From Amphiscolops sp. MND2022 (Eukaryota), in contig OZ076418.1 in assembly GCA_964187785.1 (NCBI GenBank), positions 28,644,001-28,708,000 of the forward strand: a stretch of DNA of 64,000 nt, given 5' to 3'. Of the stretch, positions 48,210 to 60,100 are shown piece by piece. Position 1 is the first letter of the stretch. Each line of letters begins with the position of its first letter. A program made the translations under genes and the position numbers. A model generated the notes under the pieces. That model saw nothing but the letters and a program-made list of their open reading frames with translations, was not told the DNA's origin and ran no database searches.

Positions 48210-49309
48210 TGTGGTGATCCTCCTCATCAGATTCTTCGTTTGAATCTATTGTTACATCTACGTCAGATTCATTATGGAATAATGGACTTACAGGATGTTT
48301 TAAGTCCATCATTTTTGAAGTTCTGAGAGGGTAATCGTCATGTTCAGAATTTGAATTTTCGTTATTAGATGCGCGAACTCCAATAGATCTATTTATCCCG
48401 GATTCCGAAGGTTGTGGTCTTCCATTTCATTAGCATCTGACCTCGGGTTTGTTACTTTTGATACACTTTTGTTGTATTTTAGCTCTTTCAAAATTGCTTC
48501 TAGTTTATTGTGCATTTCTTCCCTCGGTTTTCCATTCTCTCAGTATCAATATGTGTCCATACTTGTATCTCATCGCTAATCTGACTGGGTTCTCTCAGCC
48601 GGGTTTCAAATTAGGTTCAACTAAACTTTCCTGAACATTCAGATTAGAATTAGTTGAAGTTATATTACCTGTTTCTAGGGATTCAACTCTAGTTTCACTT
48701 GCTTCTCTTTCGGCTTTTGGGTTCTCTTATTTCCCATTTCGCTCAGTAGAAAACAAGTTATGTCTGCTGGGGAAGAATTTGAATTACTTTTTCAGATTGG
48801 AATCCACACTTTAGAGAAAACAATGAAAACAGCGGAAATGTTAGCAAAAGTTTGATGAAATTATATCAACTGCTCTTGACGGGAGTTTTTTTGTTCTGAA
48901 CCTTTCTATAGATCCTCTTTTCACAAATAACAAAAGAATGACAAGCATTTTTACAAATGTCATAGATAGAATCCTGGAAACCCAAAAATTCAATAACGTC
49001 AACTTTAGGTAATTCTTTTTATATCGCTTGCACAATCACGCAAATGTGACTAAATGGTCTAGAGACCCTAGGACAACACAGCAATTTCACATATTTAATG
49101 TTTGATGATGATCAACTACATAACATTCAAATACGGCACTTTTGCCTGAAAAACGTATAACACCGCATATACGTTATATCTTTGACTGTATAATGACGTA
49201 TAACGCGTATGAACATTATCATCAAAAGTGAACAATAATACATGTATATGTAGTTCAATCCGCATGGTAACTTGTAGTTTTGGTGTGAAAAGCGTATGGT
49301 GACGTATGT
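48210..49309 (-). repeat. 3' LTR of element R (minimum extent)
   Basis: Collinear with 62832-64000; includes ATG GGA AAT AAG at 48737. The outer boundary cannot be fixed within this window. Confidence 0.8.
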
Positions 49310-49699
49310 TCGCCAGTTTTTAAACCGCATAACAATGTATGCTGGTAGTGATGAAAAGTATGTTATCGCATATGCTGGACATCTAAATACGCATAGTGAC
49401 GTATATTCAAAACACGTATGATGACGCATCCTCAAAAGATCATATTACGCCTAATGACGTATATTCGTAATGTCATTTTACGTATAATGACGCATTTTTG
49501 GAACTAGTAAACAGTTCATTGATGCTCACTCGTTGTTCTAATTGCAGTATAGTTACGTATAATGGAAATAAAAAAATTATGAATGGGGGTCAATTGAGCA
49601 AAAACAACTTTAGAGGACCTAGAAAACAGTCCAAAAGCAAATTCATCATCAAGAAAAAACAAATAATTTTCATGGCAAGACATAAACATCCCTAAGTTG

Positions 49700-50790
49700 A
49701 GTTTTAATGGGGTTTAAAGTGTTTGTTTATTGGGTTTCTTCAGATGCTCCTTTTCTATAGCTGCAAAACGGAACCATCGCATCTCGAGGGATGCGACAGT
49801 CCAGCATTTTTGAAAAGGAACAATGCTGCTTCGAAACCATAGATGAACGCTCTGGATTGGATTGCTCTCTCTTTAACTGTCTCACCTTCGTATTCTGTAG
49901 CCACCAGATACTCTCCCAGCGTCTCTAGAGCGATTTGATCTTAACATTTCCCGCAGAGATCGCAGTAATCCGCAACTTTTGCAATCACTGTGGGTACGAA
50001 TCGGACACTTTTGTCTCTCGTGCGCGGGTTTGAGTAGAAAATTCATACTAGGAGTGGTGTTAAAGGAAAACACAATTGTACCGTGGGCTGCATCGGGTGT
50101 GGCACTTGCTGGGTTTCATGGGTAGTCCCACTCATAGTAAGAAGGAAATAGCATTGGGATAGATTGAACCCCGGAACATTTCCATGTGTGGTCCTTTGTG
50201 GTTGAGCCAAATTACCGATGTTAGCAATGTTCCATCGGTTCACTTGTTTGTGGGTGTTTGAAGTTTGCTAACTCAGGCCTGTCATTGAGCGGGTACACTG
50301 GTGTTGGTCGCGGCAGGATTCCTCTATTGTCGGACCCTGCCCCCAGAGTTGGAGGGATTTTAGCAGTTTGGCGACCATAACTATTTGGACTTTCTTCAGG
50401 CCCATTACCCATTGTCCATGGGAAAATATTCCCATCCTCAAACTCACTATCTATAAACGAGTTTGGGGAAGCCACTTGCTCACTCTGGGAGTCTCCAATT
50501 AGTCCCGTAAGGTCTATCTCCAGCTGGGTCCCCGAAGCATTTGTCACTACTTCTTGCTCCAGAGTCACGCTTGTATTAGGGAACAAGGTAGCCGTTGTCG
50601 CCCCAACAAATGCTGACATCAGGTTACTCCCAGACGGGGTTATCCGGAACCTTCCTTCCAGTTGGGTAGTGTCTCCAGGCGGGATGGAGAACGCATCCTC
50701 TGACTCGCTTGAGATGTCCATCACATCGGGTGATATGGGGGAATACAGACAATCTTCGTCAATATTAAATTGAAGCTTGTTCATTTTCAA
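49700..50790 (-). pseudogene. Accessory ORF-A, element R (first 189 codons open)
   Basis: QLEGRFRITP, NSYGRQTAKIP, LPRPTPVYP, KVADYCDLCGK, ERAIQS, KNAGLS...RCD. Confidence 0.72.
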
Positions 50791-51978
50791 AATTACATAG
50801 AAGTTATTTCGAGTTTTGGGTTTTCAAAAGTTTAACAGTGCGAGTGACTTGCATTTTTATGAAGACCATATAGTGAAGCTTCCTCTCAGGTTTTCTTGAT
50901 TTTGATAAAAACCCGCGGAATGATTGAGTGTCATGGTTGCGTGGGTTTAACGAAAACCTTATTTGGGACGGGGATGGTGAACTGCCATACATGTAAGGCG
51001 TTAGGTTTGAGTTTCCTTCCATAAAGGTAAATAAACAAAATAGGTGTGATTTCTTCCACATCTTCTTTTGTCGGTAAATTCCGTTTGATCATCCCAATTT
51101 TGTTCAACAATATTTGAAGTTGACGTAAACAAAATGATCATGGCTTATGATTTTTCAAAAATGAATGAGTCAATTACTGCATGTACTTTTATTTAAAACA
51201 TCAATGGAATTTATATCAAAGAAAAACATTTTACATGAATATCACAGTGTTTCACTAAGTTTTCAAATCTCATGACCATATTATGATGTATCATTGAGAG
51301 TCCCGCACTTGAAAAGTGGACAATCTACTGTGGTGAGTATGGGCACCAAACAATTCGTATATGGTGGAGTTGTGTTAGAATTTACTTTTTAAGTTAGTAC
51401 AGAGCGTGTCTTCACATATCTTTGCATGTGTTATTCCAATCTGTTGACGACGCATACTCATCTTTTTCCAGCACAAACACCGTCGCATACCTGATAGTGC
51501 CAGAATACGTATAGTATCGCATACTTGTCATCACTCGAAGTGAATACAGCGTATGTTTGTTTACTTTATGGCAGCATTTTGCCACATTCCCAATTCCACT
51601 GGTTACGTAATATCCAGCATACTTGGACGTGTTTCCAAAGTGTATATTAGCACATGCTCTTCTGATTATAATTCCGCCTAGCGTCGTATAAGCTGCCTTC
51701 GTGTTTCCGCATACTAACGCATGTTCGTAAGTCATAATTACGTATACATCCGTATATTACTCATCTGTAACTCCGCATGTTTACGCATATTCACAAATTG
51801 TAAATGCCCATGCTACTGTTTATTGTCATTCTTTTAATCCGCGAGTTCACACATATCCACTATTAAGACTTCGCAGGCTGCCGCATATACGCATGAAATA
51901 ATTCCTTGGGCTACTGCATGTTTGTTTGCTTTCGCCATCTTTCATGTTGATCTAGTGCCAATTACGTAATCAGACACC

Positions 51979-52016
51979 CTGGCAGAAGTGACTGACGTTT
52001 AAATTGACCAATCAGA
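51979..52016. promoter_or_regulatory. Promoter-like segment between divergent ORF-A and ORF-B, element R
   Basis: CTGGCAGA, TGACGT at 51993 and CCAATCAGA at 52008; plus-strand acceptor at 52203-52204; AACTTCCG motifs at 52586 and 52609. Confidence 0.5.
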
Positions 52017-52745
52017 TTAGAGTATGTTATACACGTTGGTACAGGTTTCGTACTCATTTGATCTATGCCTTCCGTTTATTACGCCACGCCTTCATGTTGT
52101 ATATTCAGTGATTATAACATTGTATATGATATCTTGGATCAATCATCAACGATTTTTAAGTCTTCGTGTTATTTAGTAAACTTCCTTTTCTCCTTTTACT
52201 CCAGTTAAAAATGTAGTTCGAGTCTTCAAGTCAGAGTTTTTACAATATTTTTAGCAATTATCGAATTGAGATTACCGAATAAAAATCCTTAATCTACACT
52301 TTAACGCATTTGGGGAAACAGCCGTTAGTTCTCCGTACATTATGGGTCCTCAGCTTCCTAGAAAGTCAAGAAAGGACCAGATTACTCGACGACAGGGAGC
52401 TCCGCGGGTGTACAAGTCGCCAACATCCACATAGCCAAGTAAATACAACTTTGGTTTTGCTTAGAGTTTCTTGTTCATTTAATTTTCCGATCGGGTCAGT
52501 TTGGACGATTAGCTGGCCAGGCTAATCGTTTCAGTAGATTTTGATGCTGTTCAGAATCTTGATTTTAAACTCACCGACAGTTTTTAACTTCCGGTTTGTT
52601 TTGTCGGCAACTTCCGCTCAGATTTGAAATAATTCTAGCCCGCGTCCGGTCCAGCAAACTCCTTCAGAACGAATGCTAGATAGTACGAATATGGTTTATT
52701 TGTTTGTTAGTAGCAAATTCGAACGTTTTAGTTGAACTTGGGGCA

Positions 52746-54900
52746 ATGGAGAAGTCTCCCGATCGCTCGCCGTCCAAAATCTACACTCCATTAATGGTCG
52801 CTGCCCCTAATACAGTTGCTGTCCCCACGTCTGCCACTGATGATGGACAAGTCCATGTGGTCACCATTGACAGATCGACCGTTGATTCAGATATCATCGT
52901 GACTGATTCCGCTTCGTCTGTTGTGGATATTATCACTGAAACCCCCCTCAATGCCAGAGAGTCCTGTTACACCAATCGTTGCCGGGATCACTGTGATGAA
53001 TATGGATACTTCTCCAAACGTGGTTTCTGAAAGGCTTCCTGAGAATCCTGTTCTTCCTTCTGTTTTGCAAACTCAATCACCACGTTTGACGCAGATTTTG
53101 CTTCTCTCACAACAGGCAACTTCGCCTCAGGCCTCGTCAGATGTCGCTTAATTGTCTACAGCTATTGAAGAAGAAGATTTCAATATGATTACCGACAATA
53201 TCTCGTCAACCAATGATGTGAATGAACCATTGGGGCTAAATGTCCCCAACATCAGCATAACCCGCTATGAGATCCTAGCTTTGACCAAAGTCCTAGGCAA
53301 GATACCACCGTCCTTTCTCGAAAGTATTGAGCCTGAGACTGGACCTGAGTTTTCCATATCTATAGTTGAAAACCCTCCAAATCCTCTTTTCCAACATTCA
53401 CCAACCGCATGAACTAGTGCACCTGATGCTGATCAATCTTTCCGGGGGCAACTTGAGAATGATTTGGTTGAGTTACGAGTGGGCGCAACAAAAGACAGAG
53501 ACCAAGATGCTCCCTCAAAAGTAGTATGCGGCGCGAACATCCAGTCTTAAAAGTCTCGGCTATTGGCCCCATAGACCGGCATAAGACCCCTCACAAAAGG
53601 TGGTGTCGCGTATGCAGGTTTGAACTTTCCTAGATGAGTCGTGGTGTCGTGGAAGTACTAGCAAAATACAAAACCGACTCACACTCAATCAAAGAGCATC
53701 GTATACGGATGGACACTCCCGGAATGACTTTATCCGGGTAAAATAAAAATGGGTAAGATAAAAATGGGTGCGTACTTCAGAGGTTGGCCCTGTCTGTAGC
53801 CAAGAATGTCTCCAAAGCGACCTATTCATATGTCCCGCAATTAGACTCTTATGGTTTGTTGGTTGGTCAAGATTCAGTACCTGAATTCGGCGCTGAGAAG
53901 AGTCCTGTAGAAACAGTCAGTTCTCAAATCTGTCTACTTGAGATCGGTCTACGCCGTGGTGGAGACATTTTTTGCCTTTCTGACATCTTCGAAGTGGAGT
54001 GCACACCGACATTTTGTAAGTATCCCGTTTATGTTGCTTTATTTGTGTGTTTTTATTGAGTCAATCATACGCGAAACTATATATGTCGTTGCAAGCGTTA
54101 AATGAAGTTTTCTTTCACGCAACATTTTGTAAGGCTGTTAAATTACGCTACTCTTGTTTACCAGGGGATCATCATCCACATGTTCCAGGAGTTAGTCATT
54201 TACTGTGTGACTAATGCAGTCTTTAATGGAACTTATTCTTTATCCCTGATTCATCTGGCTACCGAATCCCATCTTTATTTCAGATTTCTATTTGGGAAAC
54301 GTGTTCCATCAGGTGTGTATTAGAATTGGACTACGAGGGTTTGTGGTTCCCCGAACGATTCTGACTCTCATCGTTTCTCTCATCAGTTTATTCGAGACTC
54401 CCCCGCCTTGTGTATGCTTGATTGTGATGGGAGAGAGATTGAATTTCTGCCTTACTTCCGCACTTCCTGGACAGCAACGCTCTAATCTCATCAATAATTC
54501 GGTATCGAGGAGTTCGAACGGTGTCTAGCGCTCCTAACGGCCAAAATTATCAAAAAGCATGACTGCAGGACTATCACTGACTTTTTGCTGATGAAACTTC
54601 GTACCGCCTTGGAAAAAGACTGGTTACATTCCTTACCACTACTACGAAAGGTATAGTATAATTTCTCTTTATACTGGAGGTTTTTTAATCCTTTAATTTC
54701 ATTTCTGTTTCATTTTTGGTGTGCGATTTCTCCACAATACACACTGGATGAAGCGTCTTCCTTGATTGATTGCTTGTCTCAAAACTGGAACCGAGTATTG
54801 GAGCACCTTACCCATGTTGTCCGTTTACCAGCTCACCAGGTTCACTTGAGAGAAGTATGTAAGACTGGTACAGAGCTTTTGGAGCAATACTGACATCTTC
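52746..54900 (+). pseudogene. Accessory ORF-B (antisense, spliced zinc-finger gene), element R
   Basis: Ser/Thr/Pro-rich N-terminus, PHKRWCRVCRFELS*MSRGVVEVLAKYKTDSHSIKEHRIRMDTP, SQICLLEIGLRRGGD, KWSAHRHF|GTAAGT (donor 54016); further acceptor near 54280. Right boundary approximate. Confidence 0.7.
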
Positions 54901-55581
54901 GATTGTCCTGTTTCATTTTAGCCCAACATTTGAACGAATGCTTTCCTTCGAATACTGCGTATCTAGCACGCTTCTTCATCATCTGATGTGTTTTTGACCA
55001 TTGTTACTAATTTCATTAATTGTTTTGTTCTGTTAGTATAGATTTTTACGAGATCATGCATTTCCAATTTCATTTACTTTTCCAGATAGATCTCGTCTGA
55101 AAATTTCGTCGAAGCGATTCATTCTCAACTCTATTAATCAATCACGATGTTTTGCTTCATTCTGACCACTCAGCGATTATTCTCACGTGCTCTCGATCAT
55201 TTCCGCAGAATCACGCTTATGCGATATACCATAATCCAACCAATATGCGTATATAGCAAAATACTTCACATATACTGACTACCTAAGATCAAACTTGTCT
55301 TCCGCATAATGACATTTACACGTCATTTGAATTTCCGCATGACAACGCATTGTTGAAAACGAGTTTCCGCATAATGAAGTAATTGCGCCCTTTGAAACTC
55401 TTCCTTGTTGCGCATTTTCAACTTTAATCCCTGTGTAGTGACGTACAAACGTCACTACTTGGTTTGTCCGATTACGTTGTATTGGAGTGAATTGCACCCG
55501 TGAATTCGTTTTAGGTGTTGGTTTCTGCATAGCGGCCTATAGTTGATTTCTGGTTCCGCATGCTGACGTGTAGACACAGAT

Positions 55582-55730
55582 GAAGAAAACGTATATTAGC
55601 GTATAGCTGAATTCTGATTCCGCATGGTGACGTATATTCACCCTTGAAAAAAACGTATAACAGCGTTAGCTGAATTCTGATTTCGCATGGTGACGTATAG
55701 TCGCCCTTGAAGAAAACATATAACAGCGTC
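55582..55730. repeat. ~64-bp tandem repeat (2.3 copies) within a CG(C/T)AT-rich tract
   Basis: GAAGAAAACGTATATTAGCGTATAGCTGAATTCTGATTCCGCATGGTGACGTATATTCACCCTT, repeated with mismatches. Confidence 0.85.
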
Positions 55731-55898
55731 TAATCACCATCGATAAAGACGGATGGAGACGGCTAATTGAAATTTCGAATCCGGGAGAACATTTTATATA
55801 CCAATGCATAGGGGATTGGAGACAGGCTATACTATAATGAAGTCCTCTCACTTGTTGTGCTCATTACTCAACTTGTTTTTCATATACCTTTTGTTTAG

Positions 55899-56982
55899 AC
55901 AATTCTTCCTTCTCTGAGGCGTATCGTCAAGTCGACAATGGGTTTAGACAGTACAATCAGGTCTCAGTTTTTACCTATAGTCAGCTCCAAAATTTATTCT
56001 CTGTCATCTTCCTTGAGAATAGATCAGACTGGGATGGATATTTCAAAATCGATCTGACTAATTCTGATTTACCAGTCAAAACTCCAGCGGATTTTGTCTC
56101 ACAGCCTGATTGCCATGCCTTGATTGGCTCTAGCTGATTTCCACGAGCTGGCACTTTTGTGGAACACGCTCGTCCATTCTGTAAATTAAATTGTGCTGTT
56201 TTGCTCAATCATTAAAGTGTCATATCGGAACTCATCCGCGGTTTGTCAGCTTTCGACTATGCCGTAATGATAGATGGGAAAGAGAAGAAATACTAATCTG
56301 CAACTGAGAGTCTCACTGGTCACTTTGTCTCCAATGGATAAGGTTACGTCCGTGAGCCTATATCGCTCGTTTGCCATTCAATTAAGTTCTGAGAGTGGAA
56401 TCATCAGAGACGATTGGATCCAATTTCTCATCAGCCATCATGAAGTGCAAAGTCGTCCTGTGCTCCTACAGATCTCCAAGTACGCTTGTCTCTGTTTGCC
56501 ATCTGTGGTAGCAGAACCTGTCCAATTCCGTATTCCTGTGCCAGGATTAGTGTCGGCGCTTTCAATTCCGTAGTGCGGAGTTTACTGTTGTCCTATGTCA
56601 TTGCTCCCAATGTATCTAGCCTTTACAAAAATTTCAAGACTGTTTGCCGGGTCTTCCGACTACTGGGACGTTGTCCCGGTCTCAACCGCAATAGAAAGTT
56701 CCAGTTTGGAACGTTTTGAAGGGAAACGAGGAGCGAAAAGTTGCTCTAATCGAAAAAATGGAAGTTGCTTATAAGAAGTCCGTTCTGCGGGGGGAAGGAT
56801 TGCCTCTATTCTTGGATATATCTACGCCCAGTGCTAGTAGGTCAGCCAGTACAAGCAATTTTCCGAATTCTGGGCCAAACCTAGGACGCCTTTCTCTGTC
56901 TGTCTCGCGTTGCGAAACTGATTGGGCTGCTGGTAGTTCCAAGAAGGTCGCTCCGAAAACTATCAAGTCGAAGAAGAATTGA
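55899..56982 (+). pseudogene. Accessory ORF-C (antisense), element R
   Basis: Acceptor TTTTGTTTAG| at 55898 followed by ~77 open codons; motif FNSVVRSLLLSYVIAPNVSSLYKNFKTVCRVFRLL; ends in a Ser/Lys-rich tail. Confidence 0.6.
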
Positions 56983-57168
56983 CTTTCAAACTTATGCTCT
57001 TTCTGCTTATTGCGTTGTCTGTTTATGTGATTTGTATTTCTTGTGCTGGTGGTTTCTTGCTACCTGTATTACTGTTGGTAGATAAATCACAGGGAACTGG
57101 TATTAAAGATGCAGAGTCTCTGGATCTCCAAAGAGTAAAGTTGAGAAAAACTTTGTTTACTAGTCATC

Positions 57169-60100
57169 TTAGTATCTGTAAGAGTCTGAATAGTTTGGGT
57201 TAGGGTTGGGATGTAAATTGTATTTTTCACCACGAGTATTCAAGTGTTCTTCTTGTATTGGGGTATTTTAGGGGATTTCTGGGGTTTTTTGAATATCATC
57301 GTCTGATGGATTAGTTGTATCGTTTTGAGTTTTTTGGGTTTTTTTTATCAACCTCACTGATTTGTTGTGGAGTTTCATTCTGGTGATTTTCATCTGGTTC
57401 AGCGGTCTGTTCCATTGGGCGCCGTCCTCTATTTGTTGAAGATTTTGCGGATGGTGGGTGGTTTTTTTCGGTATTTGAATTGGGATGTATTCGGTGTCCT
57501 CAGTATTTTGTGAATACTTTGAGGGACTGTCATCAAAGGTGTTTGAGCCAAAGTTCGTGTTCCATGATTCGGCATGTAGATCGTCATTTGCTATAGGCAA
57601 TTGGTCATCTTTTTGCCAATCGGTTTCCCGAACAAAAATGTCTGCTAATGGGGCCTGCGAATTGAATTTGCGCAGACGATTCTTTTGTAGCAGTTGCATT
57701 TGGCTAGTATCAAGTCTTCGGACAAAATGGTTCTTTTAGGGAAGATTTTTTCAACTTTATATGGACCACCCAACCGAAATGGTTTCTTGTTGCTTGTGTG
57801 TCAGCCTTTGGGTTAAGAATGTAACAATAGTCCGTCGTTTCAAGCGGAGCTGCTTTTGCTTTTCTATCATAATGGGCTTTATATTTGAGATAAGACTGCA
57901 TGATGTTCTTCTTTGTTTGATCGAGAAGAGTTCTCACTCGTTTATGGATTTCTTCAGCAAAGTCAGTTTGTGGTTGATATCTAGGATTTGGATTATAGCC
58001 ACGTTTATAGTCTAGGATATTAAGTGGTATCCGACCATGGAAGACTCGTGAAGGCTCACAACTGAGTGATGCATGGTATGTGGTGTTGTGGTTATGGACA
58101 GCCAAAGGGAAATGTTTACGCCAGTTGTTTCCAAACTCGTTCCGGTTTTTAGAAGTGTTTTTACTGATGCATGAGTTCTGTCAAGGAGTCCTATTGTTTG
58201 GGCATGATTCATCGTTGCATGTTTCAGCTCAATTCCAAGCACCGCAGCATTTTCATGAGGTACATGTGCATGGAATTGTTTCCTAAATCCGTGATTATTG
58301 TTGTTGGTAGGTAGGTGTCTTTGCATAATATATCCCTTATGACTCTTGATGCTGCTGTTGCAGTGATCCGAGTTACGGGATAAGCAAAGAAGTATCTCGA
58401 GAAGACAAATATTGCGGTCATGATATGGCCATAGCCTCGACTCGGAGGAAGGTTTGGCAAAATATCCATCTGTAGGTTGTCTTCCAGTCCAAAATCCCAT
58501 TCTGGAGAATTAAGGAGTTCTGTTTTGCGTTGGTATCTAAAGTCTGTATTTCATCGAAAGAGTCTCCATCTAATTTGGCTCTCAGGTTTCTGAGGAGTAT
58601 GTCATTATTCTGTTCAAGACGAGTTCGTGCATTGTCTCTGAAGTATCTTGGTGATACTGAAATCAACGCCGATGTGGGTTTGTGAAAATGTTGCAGTTCA
58701 GAGACCGCATTTTCGGGGTCATTGTGGGTTTCAGTTTGGGTTTGTTTTCGTATGTTTTGTTTTTCTTTTCAAAGTTGATTTTCCTCAATTTTGTCATCAT
58801 CAAGACGATTATAGATTTGATCTTCTTCGACGATGCCGGATGATTAGATATTTACTTCGATTGCTTTTGTGTGAATATCGTTGCGAATAGTTATTTCAAG
58901 CTTTTCTGTTGGGTCTACTTCTTTTCTGGTTAAAAAATATGCCGCTGTGTTCATTGAACCGGGAACATGGGCGATTACGAAATTGTATTGCAATACATAA
59001 TCGCAAGCATTCCGGAGTGCTGGAGGGATCATTTTTGGTTGGAAAAATCAGGTTAATGATCAATTGTTAGTGAACACGATTACTGGGAAGATGTTTCCCC
59101 ACATGAGATGTCCAAATTCAACAAGTGCGAAATATATGTGAAGGAATTCTTTCGCATAAAAAGACATTTTAGTTTGTTTTGGATTAAATGTTTTGGATCC
59201 AAACGCTATGGGTGCATATGTTTTGCGTTGGGATTGTAGTTTTTGTTTCGGGTCATCTTTTATCATGATTGCATATCCAGCATCTGTGAAACTGGCATCA
59301 GACATGACTATGAGTTGCGTTTTTTAGTGGTTGTTTCAGGGCCAATTCGCAAGAATTTTCAAGGAGTTTGTTCAGGTTTGTGAAGTCTTCTACCATATTT
59401 GTTGGTATATAAAACTTGGAAGCTTCTTTGAGGAGTTTGAAAAACGGGGTGAACTGTTAAGAAAGGCGTGGAATGTAGTTTCGGTAAAAGTTTAAATATC
59501 CGATATACCTCTGTAACGCCTTTTTTGATTTGGGAAAACGAAGCTTTGTGAGGAAGCCTTCCACCTTGTCGGCTTGAGGGGCAACTCCATCTGGTGTGAT
59601 TGTACGTCCAGGAAATCAACTTGTTCAACTCTAAAATGGCACTTTGAAATGGAAAGTTTCAATCCCGTTTTGCGTATGCATTCGAAGACAGTTCTGATGT
59701 TTGTACACAATTGTTTTGTGTCATTCGCTGCTATGACGATGTCATCGACATATTGGGCACATTGGTCCGCTTTGATTGCTTTTTCCAGGTAGTCTCTCAT
59801 GAATCTTGAGAATGCAGAAAATGATCTGCTGAGGCCCTGGGCAAGCCGGCGATAAGCGAATGTTGTGCTTGCAAATTAAAGGCAAGCATTTGAATGGATT
59901 GATAATCTGCCATTTGGAGGCAGTGGTAAGCCTGGGAACAGTCTAATTTGCAGGAAAGTTTTTTACTTCCATGTGGTGGGCTGCATCCGATAAGGTGCTA
60001 AGCGGGTGGTGGTTATTGACATAATCTTCAGTAATTGTTAGTTAGTTCAGAGTTTGCTAAATTTTCGGAGGTCAACAAGAAGTCTGAGACGCACACTTTT

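Noticed and set aside
55899-55915. PPT-like AGAGAAGGAAGAAT followed by TGT on the minus strand, which would imply a ~7.7-kb LTR
   Set aside because: The same bases are well explained as a plus-strand acceptor plus an open exon of ORF-C, and no equivalent was found in element L. Unresolved until the 5' LTR is seen.
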